A stretch of DNA of 64,000 nucleotides from Candidatus Multivoradales bacterium (GTDB lineage: Bacteria; Acidobacteriota; Thermoanaerobaculia; Multivoradales; JAHEKO01), in assembly GCA_965248055.1 (NCBI GenBank), contig CBDFIJ010000004.1, positions 544,001 to 608,000 of the forward strand, in the 5' to 3' direction. Position 1 is the stretch's first letter. Each line of letters starts with the position of its first letter. This document shows, in pieces, positions 29,003 to 39,175 of the stretch. The translations under genes were made by a program, and so were the position numbers. The notes under the pieces were generated by a model. That model was not told the origin of the DNA. It worked only from the letters and a program-made list of their open reading frames with translations, and ran no database searches.

Positions 29003-32000
29003 CTAGATTTCCGTCCAGTTCTTATCGATGATGCAGATAGGAATCGGAATTTCTCCTACCTTGGTCAGCAAGTCATTGTTGAGAGCTAGGCCAAAACGAC
29101 GGAAACTGTAGCGGCAACTATCAGGAAACAGCTTCTTCATTTGATCAAGCGCCAAACGACAATCTGGGTCGTCTTCGCACGCCACCTGACCCTGAGTTTG
29201 ATTCGGATCAGTGCTCCCTGAACTGGCGTCGGTCGGGTCAAAGAGATTTTGCGTTCCAGCACGTTCCAAGGCCGGGGTTACAACAAAGCCCGCAAAATCG
29301 ATTCCACGAGTTCTCACTCCTGAGTTGAACAGCAAGCCGTCACCGTTTCGGGTGTTGACCGCAAAAACTCGGCTAGTCCCGGTACGCGAGCAAGTTGGAG
29401 GTGCACCTCCACCGCCTGGGTTACCACCGCTAACCACCACATCCGGCTGAAACATTGTGAACACGGTAATGCCAGCGATCTGAAATGGAGTATTGATCAA
29501 ACGGTCATCGGCCTTAGTGCTGAGATACCAGCCCTGGCTAAGACTGGCCTCGGTCAAAGTGTCCCCAGCCAGGATCGTGGCATCGTCGAACACCGGAGTC
29601 AGATCATCCTCGCTGTAGCGAGAAACAAAATCTCCGACCGCAATATCGTCACGAAAGACATAAAACTTTCCGGGCTGCTGATCGGAGGAAAATAGATCTT
29701 CGCGATCACCGGTTCCAAAGGCAACGGCGGTCTGCCCTAGGTCCGAGAGAAACCCTGCCGCCGGGCGAAAGAATATCTGCCTGGACCCTACCGGCGCAGT
29801 ACCCGCCGGGGCCGCTCTGAACACTTCATGGGGCGCATAGAGCGGGTCGATGATCCGATCCACCAGATGCACGGTCCCATCCAAATCCATCGCTGGCTGG
29901 TTGGTCGCCAATACCGGAATTTCACCGGCTGCACCGACTAGGTCGGCGCGCAAAATATAACCGCCGAGAGTGCCAACGTAGATCCGATCGACATAGCCGT
30001 CCGCATTGGTATCGACTACTGCCGTTTCGGCAGGAGCAGATCCAGCGGTTGGACAACCAAAACTCACCGTGCCGGCGATGCACAACGGCTGCTTGTAGAT
30101 CGTTGTGCCAGTCTCGACATCGATCATGTAGAGAAAACTGCCGGCATTGCCCAAACTGTTAAAGCCACCCCCCACGATCGCGACGTTGCGATCCTCAATA
30201 TCATTGGGATCCGTCGCTGGGTCGCACTCGGTCCCAGTACAAACTTGAATCAGCCCCATTACCGGAGCCGACCAAGTGGAGGCAAGGTCCGCTACACCGT
30301 TGGCATCTTCATCAAAGGGAACCATGCGATCTGGATTCGCAACCAGGGCCCCGTCTGAGAACTCCCACAGCGGAGTTCCGTAAGGAATCGGGCCACACTC
30401 TGAGGACAGCGTGCCGCCGATGCCCATACATGAAGGTACGTATCCACTCGATACTGGCTCTGGATTCCCGTCTGCATCGTAGGTGTCGGGCTGGGTGATG
30501 TCCAACGCATAGTAACTGCGTCCGCCCCTTCGCAATCCGCCAACCGCCACGGTCCTCCACTGCCGGTCATTCTCCTCAGGGAACACACTACCGTCGGCCA
30601 ACGGATCGATAAACACATCGGCAACGTTGGGTGGCCCATCCACTGACCACTGTCGCGGCCCTCCAGAATTCTGCGAATAGAGAATTGGCATCGTCGCCCG
30701 CGGTGCGAACGCGACAATCTCTCGGCCGGTGCCATCGTCATAGCGATCCTTAAAAGGATCAACACCTCTACGAATGCCAGCGTCCGCAATGTGTACCAAT
30801 CCGTCATTGGCGCCGAATATCATCATCTTGCGACGGTTCTGATGTTTAAGAAAAAAACACCGATATCCCGGGTTGTCGTGATCACAAGCGGCACCGTCAT
30901 CTTTCAAGTTGTCACGGAAGAACTTGACGTTCTCCGGTTGGTCAATCACCAGAGGACTTGCGTGAAAAATGTCACCCAGCAAATAGTCGAAGTCATCCGA
31001 GGTGTCGAGCGGGGTGCCGGCATCTGTAGTCTTCGGTGTATAGAAGCTCGTGAGTGCAGTATTCGCATTGTTTTCGTGGATCACTTCATCCGCCGCTAAC
31101 AGGCTTTCGTCTAAAGTCGTCGAAGAAATAAGCCCCAGGCCACGCCATAGATCGTAACGAGTACTCGGTGAATCGGCGGGCGAGGTCGGGGCCAAGAACC
31201 TACGCAAGGTGTCCCCTTCTCCGGTAGGGCCAACGCGGCGGTAGTACACCCGCCGCTGCCGATCACCAGTCCCAAACTGTGAACCGATCGCCGCCGCCTG
31301 ATTCACCAACTCTTCGCCGACTTCCCAAAGGTGACAGTTTGCCCGAGATGCTACGGTGGGGTCTGAGTTGCAATTGGCGTCTGTATCAGGGGTGCCGTTT
31401 TGCCGTAACGGTACGGGCTTCAAAAATGCGTCCATCCTTCCGGGCCAAATCCCCGAAGCACCGGCCACCGGCTGAAAACTGGAGGAAAACACCTTGTCGT
31501 TGTCGTCGGCCTGCACCGCCGGCACCGCTGCCGCGGAAAACTGCCGGACATCTTCCAGGATAATCCCAGCGATCGCCTGCAACTCATTCTTGAGTTCCTG
31601 ACGATTGGCAGCGGTGATGTATTTACCACCGGTGTTTTGCGCCAAGGGGCGCAGGTCACTGGCCTCGGGGCCTCCAAAGTTGATCACCCAGGACTGAATG
31701 CGGTTGCGCCGCAAGTTAGCGGTATCGGCTGAGGGGCTCTCGCCACCGCAGTTGTTTTCGCCATCGCCAATGATGATCTGGTACACCTGGCGGCAACCCC
31801 ACTCACTATCAAATTGCGCTGCTAGGTCGTCGTAACCATCGCCAAACGGCTGCTCCTGTTGTCTGCACTTGTTGCCACCGATGTTCTGGCCAAGGTAGTA
31901 GCAACGCCAGTCAGCCAGAGCCTTGCCGATCGGACTGGCACCATAAGGCACCATCGGAGTGAGTGCAGGGTTACGCAGTCGAAGATAGCCGTCGGCTGCA

Positions 32001-33280
32001 GGAACGTCCGTGAAATAGGCCGCGACACCAAACTCTAGGTCAGCCTGAGCAACGCCATCGCTCCAGTTGGGCGCAAGCCGCCTGAAGAAGCCTTCTCGAT
32101 TGGTGGCACTCCAGCGAAACGGCAACATGTCTCCAACATCCTGGGTACGCCAGTCCGCCGTGGTATTTGCGTGGAGACTTGTTTCCTGTTTGAGATTGCA
32201 TTCTGCCTTGCGGGTCAACGGGTCGGCGGGATTACCAAGTTCGTCTTTACAGTCAAAGGACTCGAGTTCGGGCTCCCCGGTTGGGTTCAACCCCGCCGGG
32301 TTGCCTCCATCGCCGACAAAATACCCGTCATAGTTACCCTCCCAACCAACTCCTGAAAAAGGATGCTGATCGTCGCCGCAGGTCGCCTCGGCCTGGGTGG
32401 CTTGGTAGGCCCAGTACCCATTGGTCATCTCCTCCCGCTGAGCAATGGTGCCGAGTTCTGCCGAATCAGTTTGTTCGTGGTAAAGGAACTCTTGTATTTT
32501 GGTCAGAGTGATCGTGGTCGACCCAAGAGAGGTGTCAGCACAGTCGAACAACTCGAAATGGACGTCCATCGAGGGCGCACTGAGCCAGGGCATCGAGGGC
32601 TGGTTGGCGACTAGCTTGAACACGGCTGCACCGGAAGAGATGTACATGGTGGTCGACTCCACCCCCGCCACATTTCCTGCCCCATCGTCAGTGTTGGGGC
32701 TGAGCTTGGGGAAGCGGTTGATCTGAATCCGCTGCGTGGACAAGTTGGCCGAAGCCGCGCACGACCCCAATTGCCCAACGGCAGGAGCACTCAGAACCAC
32801 AACTGGATTGTTACCACTTAAGTCGAGCGACTCGGTCCCTGGCGGAAAATGCGCCCCGAAAACCAGTTGTTCCCCGACGTTGGGATAGTCGATCCCTCCG
32901 ATCGATAACGGCGTTCCTGCTGTCACTTGGTACAACCAGTGCTTGCCGCGGACGCGAAAATTGTCTTTGTTGTACGAGGCAAAACCAAAGTGGACGATAT
33001 CGCCGTTGGTTTGATACACCTCGCTAAACACTTCGTACGCGACTTCCTTGGCTTGATACAAGGTCGAACCCGGATCATCACCATTGGCCGGCAATGCGGC
33101 CTGGGTCGGCGGCCCTAAGTTCATCGAGCTTGAGGAATCGAAAAAAATGAAAACGTAGGGCTTGCCAAAACTCTGTCGAAAGAGGTCCGTATCGTCTGCC
33201 TGGCTAACGCCGGCAAAAAAGCAGACGATCAAGCAGGTAATAATCAAGAAACTAGGACTGCGGATTGATTTCGCTCTCAC
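29003..33280 (-). CDS. pilY1: PilY1/PilC-like type IV pilus adhesin
   Basis: Signal peptide; MIDAS-like FDSSSSM; LGDIFHASP, GANDGLVH, GGRSYYALDIT, TWSAP beta-propeller motifs; Ca-loop DTNADGYVD. Confidence 0.9.
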   Translation of the reverse strand: MRAKSIRSPSFLIITCLIVCFFAGVSQADDTDLFRQSFGKPYVFIFFDSSSSMNLGPPTQAALPANGDDPGSTLYQAKEVAYEVFSEVYQTNGDIVHFGFASYNKDNFRVRGKHWLYQVTAGTPLSIGGIDYPNVGEQLVFGAHFPPGTESLDLSGNNPVVVLSAPAVGQLGSCAASANLSTQRIQINRFPKLSPNTDDGAGNVAGVESTTMYISSGAAVFKLVANQPSMPWLSAPSMDVHFELFDCADTSLGSTTITLTKIQEFLYHEQTDSAELGTIAQREEMTNGYWAYQATQAEATCGDDQHPFSGVGWEGNYDGYFVGDGGNPAGLNPTGEPELESFDCKDELGNPADPLTRKAECNLKQETSLHANTTADWRTQDVGDMLPFRWSATNREGFFRRLAPNWSDGVAQADLEFGVAAYFTDVPAADGYLRLRNPALTPMVPYGASPIGKALADWRCYYLGQNIGGNKCRQQEQPFGDGYDDLAAQFDSEWGCRQVYQIIIGDGENNCGGESPSADTANLRRNRIQSWVINFGGPEASDLRPLAQNTGGKYITAANRQELKNELQAIAGIILEDVRQFSAAAVPAVQADDNDKVFSSSFQPVAGASGIWPGRMDAFLKPVPLRQNGTPDTDANCNSDPTVASRANCHLWEVGEELVNQAAAIGSQFGTGDRQRRVYYRRVGPTGEGDTLRRFLAPTSPADSPSTRYDLWRGLGLISSTTLDESLLAADEVIHENNANTALTSFYTPKTTDAGTPLDTSDDFDYLLGDIFHASPLVIDQPENVKFFRDNLKDDGAACDHDNPGYRCFFLKHQNRRKMMIFGANDGLVHIADAGIRRGVDPFKDRYDDGTGREIVAFAPRATMPILYSQNSGGPRQWSVDGPPNVADVFIDPLADGSVFPEENDRQWRTVAVGGLRRGGRSYYALDITQPDTYDADGNPEPVSSGYVPSCMGIGGTLSSECGPIPYGTPLWEFSDGALVANPDRMVPFDEDANGVADLASTWSAPVMGLIQVCTGTECDPATDPNDIEDRNVAIVGGGFNSLGNAGSFLYMIDVETGTTIYKQPLCIAGTVSFGCPTAGSAPAETAVVDTNADGYVDRIYVGTLGGYILRADLVGAAGEIPVLATNQPAMDLDGTVHLVDRIIDPLYAPHEVFRAAPAGTAPVGSRQIFFRPAAGFLSDLGQTAVAFGTGDREDLFSSDQQPGKFYVFRDDIAVGDFVSRYSEDDLTPVFDDATILAGDTLTEASLSQGWYLSTKADDRLINTPFQIAGITVFTMFQPDVVVSGGNPGGGGAPPTCSRTGTSRVFAVNTRNGDGLLFNSGVRTRGIDFAGFVVTPALERAGTQNLFDPTDASSGSTDPNQTQGQVACEDDPDCRLALDQMKKLFPDSCRYSFRRFGLALNNDLLTKVGEIPIPICIIDKNWTEI

Positions 33281-33295
33281 CGGCTACCTCGGTGG

Positions 33296-33883
33296 TTATT
33301 TTCCACCGTGCAAGGCGACAGTTGAGTCCGCCATAATGTCTTGGTTGACAGTCCCGTCAGCAGTATTGATCACCGACAAAAGAGCGTCCACTGTTTCCTC
33401 CAGCGGATGCACATCTACCATCGTGCCGATCGTTTTGTGCCCTAGTTCACTCCCGTCATAATCATTGATCCTGGTGCTGGTCGAACCAACTGTGAAGGCA
33501 ATTCGACTGAGCGGATTATCCCGTTCTGAGTATTGGTTGGCCGAATCGCAAAGATCGCAAATCTCCGCTTGCGCTGGATAAAATGCCGACATACGAACAC
33601 TGTTTCGCGTGGTTGGAGCGGTTGTACTCCACAACTGCTTTTCCTCCAACTCAAATTCATAGGGAAAGTAATCGTTTGCCACCAAGGCTTTGGCGGTGGA
33701 CGCCGAGCGGCCAGAATCGGCAGCAAAAAACAACCGCTGAATTTGCCGCTCATTGCTACCAATGAGAAGCTCGGTTTGGGTGAGAGTCGTCAGCGCCAGC
33801 CCCATCAGGGTCAATACCAGCATCACCAACAGACTGATCAAATAGGCAGTTCCATTATTGCGATTTGCCACTTTCCTGCTCAT
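33296..33883 (-). CDS. pilX: PilX-like minor pilin
   Basis: G-TAYLISLLVMLVLTLMGLA...IGSNER...LFFAADSG PilX N-terminus. Confidence 0.8.
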   Translation of the reverse strand: MSRKVANRNNGTAYLISLLVMLVLTLMGLALTTLTQTELLIGSNERQIQRLFFAADSGRSASTAKALVANDYFPYEFELEEKQLWSTTAPTTRNSVRMSAFYPAQAEICDLCDSANQYSERDNPLSRIAFTVGSTSTRINDYDGSELGHKTIGTMVDVHPLEETVDALLSVINTADGTVNQDIMADSTVALHGGK

Positions 33884-33894
33884 CGGTCCTTCCC

Positions 33895-35163
33895 CTAATA
33901 GAGATTGCGAAAATCGACCACGGTGCGCAACCAACGTCGGCGATATTGACGTTCCGCAACACTGTCGAACAAAGCTGCGTTCCGGTTGTCCTCCACTTGC
34001 TGCAACGGCTCAGCGTAGTAACCGCGGAGCTTGTGGTCGGTATGCACCAATGTGTTGACCCGAAGATAAAACAGATCTTTGTGGTCGAGTTCCGGTGGAT
34101 TGAGATTGGGGTTCACACCTTCTACCCACGTGGTTGGCCCAGCGTCCTCCTGCGGGAAGTTGTACAACCATTCATCGGTGCCAGTGGCTACCGAATTATC
34201 GACCACCGCCTCGTCCCAGTTGGTATCAATCCCCAATGCCAGCTGGAGATCAAACACATTGTCAGCAATCGGTACTTGAAGATCGGTATTGGTCCGATGT
34301 GCTGTATTCGTCCCGGGATACAACCGAGCCTGTGCCAGTCGCGGCATCAACGGACTGCTGGCGTCGCCCGCGATCCTCCGCTGATCCTGAATATAGAACT
34401 TGTATTCTTCCAGCACACCCAGGTAAGCAATGTTGCGCAGTCCGGCGGCCGGAAATGGCGCCAAGAGTTGGTAGGCAGCGGTACGAGTTCCGCCGGTAAC
34501 CTTGAAAGCAACCCTGACGCTGTTAGCAGTGACGGTGCTCGCCCCCACATCAACTTCGACAATCGCATATTGCGAATCTGATCTCGGGCCTACGATAAAC
34601 AACGCCTCGGGTTCCGGCGCCACTCCAGCACCGTCGGGTTCTACCAGGGCACGAAGAGCAGTCAAGTCCTGGAAAACATCCGATGGCCCAACTTGCTTGA
34701 CCTCGAGCACACCTGCCGTGGCGGGGTTTCCGGTCACAGTGACCGCCGTCGCGTCGCCGTAGTCGACAAGGTAGATGGGAGACTCATATACCCCTCGCAG
34801 GGTGAGGACGTCACTTCCTTCCACCAGCATAGGTCCGGTCGGTGTCAAGGTAGCTCCACTGCCAACGTTGTTAAGAACCTCAACCGCAATCCCGGTCGGC
34901 AACACCCGGCCATTGGCGACATCATCCAACGGCACCATGCCACGAGCCGTCTCTCTCACCATCTTTACCAGATCTGACTGAGCCACTCTGTGAGACTGCT
35001 GCATCTCTGCCACTTCTGTCTGCACCAGAGCGGTTTTGTTCGCCAGGTCAAACAGGTTGAGAATTCCGACGATCAACCCAGTAGAGACGATGATCGCAAC
35101 CATCAGTTCGATCAAGGTGAAACCAGAACTCGATTGTGGCCTGACCCTTCGCAATTCGCTCAC
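33895..35163 (-). CDS. pilW: PilW-like minor pilin
   Basis: Prepilin site G|FTLIELMV; C-terminal 'IADNVFDLQLALGID', 'RTVVDFRNL'. Confidence 0.85.
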   Translation of the reverse strand: MSELRRVRPQSSSGFTLIELMVAIIVSTGLIVGILNLFDLANKTALVQTEVAEMQQSHRVAQSDLVKMVRETARGMVPLDDVANGRVLPTGIAVEVLNNVGSGATLTPTGPMLVEGSDVLTLRGVYESPIYLVDYGDATAVTVTGNPATAGVLEVKQVGPSDVFQDLTALRALVEPDGAGVAPEPEALFIVGPRSDSQYAIVEVDVGASTVTANSVRVAFKVTGGTRTAAYQLLAPFPAAGLRNIAYLGVLEEYKFYIQDQRRIAGDASSPLMPRLAQARLYPGTNTAHRTNTDLQVPIADNVFDLQLALGIDTNWDEAVVDNSVATGTDEWLYNFPQEDAGPTTWVEGVNPNLNPPELDHKDLFYLRVNTLVHTDHKLRGYYAEPLQQVEDNRNAALFDSVAERQYRRRWLRTVVDFRNLY

Positions 35164-35744
35164 ATCGACCTCAGCGCGCGCACCACGAGCCTTCGGCTGG
35201 GGCCCAATAACCCGCCCAAGCGCGTCCCTTCGACCACCACCTCAATCTCCTTGAAATGAATATCCACGGCTCTGGTCCCCGCTGGTAAAGCCTCTGCGGA
35301 GTCGATCAATCCAGTGTCGAGATCATCACCCGCGTTAGCCCACATGCCGTCGTCTCCCGCCACCGCTCCCACACCGTAGTCCCGGATCGTGGTCGTGCGC
35401 TCCCAGATTGGCGGATCGTCGGGGTCAACCGGGACTGTCGGAGCTGGACCCGTAACCCAAGTCTTGGTTTCACGCAAAAAATGGTCGACGACCACAAGTT
35501 CATTGCCAGCAACCACTACCAAAGCGTCGCTCCGAAAAGAAATTTGCATGAACTCCTCGACCCGCGAACGTGCCAAGTTTGAAACATCGGTTGAATCTTG
35601 ACCAGAGTTGTTGGTCCGAATCGCCCTTTGGAACATCGGCAGCACCCCCAGTGCTACCACCAAGAACAAGATCGAAGCGATCAGGATCTCGATAAGCGAA
35701 AACCCGCGCTGCGACTGTTTTCTATCGCTACAGATTAGTACCAT
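35160..35744 (-). CDS. pilV: PilV-like minor pilin
   Basis: Prepilin site QRG|FSLIEILIA; position between fimT-like gene and pilW. Confidence 0.78.
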   Translation of the reverse strand: MVLICSDRKQSQRGFSLIEILIASILFLVVALGVLPMFQRAIRTNNSGQDSTDVSNLARSRVEEFMQISFRSDALVVVAGNELVVVDHFLRETKTWVTGPAPTVPVDPDDPPIWERTTTIRDYGVGAVAGDDGMWANAGDDLDTGLIDSAEALPAGTRAVDIHFKEIEVVVEGTRLGGLLGPSRRLVVRALRSM

Positions 35745-36240
35745 TTCCAGAAAGTACCCTCCTGCCCCCAATCCAACCAATTGCCTCGCGTATCGCCGAC
35801 GCGGATGGCACCTTCCTCGGCTACAGATCCATCTCTCTGATACTGCACAAAGAAAGAAGTACCATCGTCTTGGAAACTTTCAACCACCGGCTGTGAAGCA
35901 GGAGCGCCAAGCGTCACCCCGCTCTGGAGGAAAAAACGTGGCGCAGCCTCTTGCTGATCATTGGTTGTTAGAAAGTCGCCGTCCACGTCCCAGTAGGTGT
36001 CGATCCAGTGTTCCGATCGATGCCCCTGCACGATGATGGTTCGACTCTCTCGGAGCCCCTCATATCTTGCCTGGCGAAACAGCACCATAGTCCGCCTTAC
36101 TGAACCCTCGACCTTGGCTCGGTTGACATAATTTTGTAACAGTGGGGAACCAAACGTTGAGGCAAGCCCATCACCACCAGTAATTCAACCAGCGTGAAGC
36201 CGCCATTCTTACGCTGCTGTTTCTTTCTTGCTGTCTTCAC
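35735..36240 (-). pseudogene. FimT/FimU (GspH)-like minor pilin, frameshifted near 36164
   Basis: GTG start with GGAG; G|FTLVELLVVMG, then a frame change to 'ASTFGSPLLQNYVNRAKVEGSVRRTMVLFRQARYE'; the pilin helix is too short. Confidence 0.75.
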
Positions 36241-36401
36241 CGTTCTACTCCGGCGACCGACGTCCCCTCTACCAAGAATCGATTTGGGCGACAATACACC
36301 CTGCATACTTTTCTCACAAGGCGTAGCTATGCGCAAGTTCAATTATCACTGCCTGCAGCGAAGGCCCGAATTGGGGTGCCGATTGAGGTAGTCTTTGGAC
36401 C

Positions 36402-36809
36402 ATGAGATTTGTCCTTCGCTTACTGGTCAACGGTGCCGCGCTGTGGGTCGCGGCGCAACTTGTCCCTGGGATCATTTACAATGGAAACTGGCTCGGTTTA
36501 TTAGTACTGGCGCTGATTTTCGGTCTTGTGAACGCCACACTAGGCTCGATTCTTCGTTTCCTAACCTGTCCCCTGGTGCTCTTGACCCTGGGCTTGTTTA
36601 CCGTGGTGATCAATGCCGCTCTGCTGATGTTTTCCGCCGGTGCCGCGGGTGCGGTGGGAGTTCCATTCTCGGTCAATGGCTGCTGGCCCGCGATCCTGGG
36701 AGCTCTGGTAATCAGTGTGGTCAGCTTTGTCCTGACTTTGTTGCTGCCGGATCTGGACCCCAAGAAGGCCAAGAAAGAGGCCAAGAAGAAGCGCTCCAAA
36801 AGCACCTAG
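36402..36809 (+). CDS. YvlD/DUF360 four-TM membrane protein ('phage holin family')
   Basis: LIFGLVNA...LTCPLVLLTLGLFTVVINAALL motif. Confidence 0.88.
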   Translation: MRFVLRLLVNGAALWVAAQLVPGIIYNGNWLGLLVLALIFGLVNATLGSILRFLTCPLVLLTLGLFTVVINAALLMFSAGAAGAVGVPFSVNGCWPAILGALVISVVSFVLTLLLPDLDPKKAKKEAKKKRSKST

Positions 36810-36975
36810 AAAGAGCTTTTTTGGTTTGGCGAAAATCGGCCCAGTAACTGGGCCCGAGAATGCAGAACCTTGATTGGGGTTTGGCGTTGATCCTCTAGCA
36901 AGGCTACAATCGGACGCAGTCGGTGGGATCAGCGAAATCCGAGCCGACTTCTCATCAACAACCAGGAGGAATGGA

Positions 36976-37788
36976 ATGAAGAAACTAAGCGTACTGGCAC
37001 TGGCAATGCTGTGCCTGATTCCGGGAGCACTACTCGCCGGACACCACGAGCAGGCAGAAGATCATGCGGCAGAGATGGAAGAATGGGTTGCCGCCAACAT
37101 GCCTGGCGAGCACCACGAACATCTAGGCCGCATGGTCGGACACTGGACCTACACCACCACCGGCTCGATGGGCGACTCAGAAGGCACCATGCACGCAAAG
37201 TCGGTATTCGATGGACGTTACGTTATGCACACCTGGAACGGCTCTTTTATGGGCCAAGATTTTGTCGGCCATGGTTTGGACGGATACGACAATGCCCTGG
37301 GCAAGTACGTCGGGGTATGGGTCGACAATTCAAGCACTGGGATTCAGGTCTCCCACGGCAAATGTGCCAACGAGGAATGTAGCGAAACCGTGAGTAAGTC
37401 AGAAATGACAGGGCCGGACGGTAACATGATGAAGTCCAAGAGCCACATGGTTTGGGACGGCAACGATTCTTTCACCATGACCATGTACATGGTTCCGGAA
37501 GAGGGCGACCCTGTCGAGCAAATGACTTTGGTCGCCACCCGGCATGACTGCGACGAGAACTGTGAACTTCATGGGGAACATCACGGCGACAAGCACGCAA
37601 AACACGCGATGAAAGCGGCCGAGGCTGAAATGGCCAAAGTCGAAGCTGAGATGGAAGTAGAAATGGAAGAAGCATCTGAGGCCATGGCCGAGGCTGAGGA
37701 GGCCATGGAAATGGCTGAAGATGCGATGGAAGACGCTCAGGAAGCGATGGAAGATGCGTCTGAGGCGATGGAGAGCGGAGACGAGTAA
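36976..37788 (+). CDS. Exported DUF1579 protein with a His/Cys linker and Met/Glu/Ala-rich tail
   Basis: SD AGGAGG; signal peptide; PGEHHEHL..VGHW, GYDNALGKYVGVWVDN DUF1579 motifs. Confidence 0.8.
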   Translation: MKKLSVLALAMLCLIPGALLAGHHEQAEDHAAEMEEWVAANMPGEHHEHLGRMVGHWTYTTTGSMGDSEGTMHAKSVFDGRYVMHTWNGSFMGQDFVGHGLDGYDNALGKYVGVWVDNSSTGIQVSHGKCANEECSETVSKSEMTGPDGNMMKSKSHMVWDGNDSFTMTMYMVPEEGDPVEQMTLVATRHDCDENCELHGEHHGDKHAKHAMKAAEAEMAKVEAEMEVEMEEASEAMAEAEEAMEMAEDAMEDAQEAMEDASEAMESGDE

Positions 37789-37820
37789 TCGTCCTTTCGC
37801 GGTTCTTCGCTAGAAGATCG

Positions 37821-37849
37821 ACGGGGTTGGCTTGGCCAGCCCCGTTTTT
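37821..37849. terminator. Rho-independent terminator
   Basis: ACGGGGTTGGC-TTG-GCCAGCCCCGT-TTTT. Confidence 0.8.
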
Positions 37850-37916
37850 CTTTGCCCAGAAGATAGCAAGATGGGGACACAAACAAAGTATTGTGTCCCT
37901 CGGCAGCTACCCAACC

Positions 37917-39101
37917 TCAAAAACCAGCGGTGATCGCGTCGGCCACCGCCCAACCTTGCACCGTCAACGACAGCCGTGACCCGTGATAGATAGCCAAGCC
38001 TTGATCGACCAAGGTCTCGATGTAGTCTCGCGAGCGGCGCACGATATCGACCGAAAACTGCTCTTTCAGCTGCTGCAAATCGACTCCATCCGCGGTCCTG
38101 AGGCCCAGCATTAACACCTCAGTAAGACGCTGTTCGGGTTCGAGTATTTCTGTCTCCTCGACCGGCGACTGGCCTTGATCGACACTCTTCGCCCACACTG
38201 CTTCGTGTGGCAGATTCCACCAACGGCGCTGGCCGTCAAAGGAATGTGCCGAGGGTCCTACCCCTAGGTAAGGGACGCCTAACCAGTACTTCCGATTGTG
38301 CGCCGACCGGTCGGCAGAGGTCCGCGCGAAGTTAGAGATTTCGTAGGCAGCAAGCCCCAAGCCTCCCAGCATCCGGTGGGTGGTGAAAAAGAATTCCGCC
38401 TGCAATTCTTCACCCGGAAGCAATCGTTCCCCCGCTTGGGCGGCCTTGCCAAACACGGTATTGGGCGACACGGTCAACGAGTAGCACGACAGGTGATCGA
38501 CACCCAGGGCCACGACCCGCTGCAACTCGCTCAGCCAATCAGCGACATCGTGATCCTTGTGTCCGTATATGAGATCTACAGAAACGGTGCCAAATCCCGC
38601 CGCCTGAGCGCTCTCGATGGCATCAATCGCTTGCCTAGCGCTGTGTTCTCGGCCTAGGAAATGGAGGCGACGGTCGTCGAGGGCCTGGACTCCCACACTC
38701 AAGAACTGGACGCCAAGCTGCTGCCACTCAGCCAGAACTTGGCGGTTGACGTCCTCCGGGTTGACCTCCAAACAAACCTGCAGGTTATCTCTACAATCAA
38801 ATCGGCGTTGTATCGCCGCAACCACACGATCGAGCTCGCTTGGCGAAAGGGTCGAGGGAGTCCCGCCGCCGAAGTAGACGGTGTCGAAGTCTTGGGGTCC
38901 GCACCAGTCGACCCGCTCTAGCTCAGCAGACAGACGGTCGACGAACCCCGCCTTGCGTTCAGGATGGTCTCGACGAACCGCGAAATCACAGTAGGGACAA
39001 ATCCGCCGGCAGAAGGGAATGTGGACGTAAATGCCCGGGTTCTTATCTCCGTTGTTCGCACTCGGAAAAGTGAGCGAAGCGGAAGGACAGTCATTGCTCA
39101 T
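37917..39101 (-). CDS. hemW: Radical SAM heme chaperone HemW (HemN-like)
   Basis: YVHIPFCRRICPYCDF, FGGGTPS, YEISNFA, HNRKYW motif; adjacent to lepA. Confidence 0.92.
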   Translation of the reverse strand: MSNDCPSASLTFPSANNGDKNPGIYVHIPFCRRICPYCDFAVRRDHPERKAGFVDRLSAELERVDWCGPQDFDTVYFGGGTPSTLSPSELDRVVAAIQRRFDCRDNLQVCLEVNPEDVNRQVLAEWQQLGVQFLSVGVQALDDRRLHFLGREHSARQAIDAIESAQAAGFGTVSVDLIYGHKDHDVADWLSELQRVVALGVDHLSCYSLTVSPNTVFGKAAQAGERLLPGEELQAEFFFTTHRMLGGLGLAAYEISNFARTSADRSAHNRKYWLGVPYLGVGPSAHSFDGQRRWWNLPHEAVWAKSVDQGQSPVEETEILEPEQRLTEVLMLGLRTADGVDLQQLKEQFSVDIVRRSRDYIETLVDQGLAIYHGSRLSLTVQGWAVADAITAGF

Positions 39102-39175
39102 GCTAGATGCCAGCCCACCGCACACCCGCCCGCCGGGACAACGCCGTTTGGTTATTCTCAAATGACCGAACGGCG

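Noticed and set aside
36402-36809. Prophage, suggested by the 'phage holin' family gene
   Set aside because: YvlD/DUF360 is a common chromosomal membrane protein and there are no phage genes nearby.
37917-39101. Oxygen-independent coproporphyrinogen oxidase HemN
   Set aside because: The short N-terminus, HNXXYW motif and lepA linkage indicate HemW.
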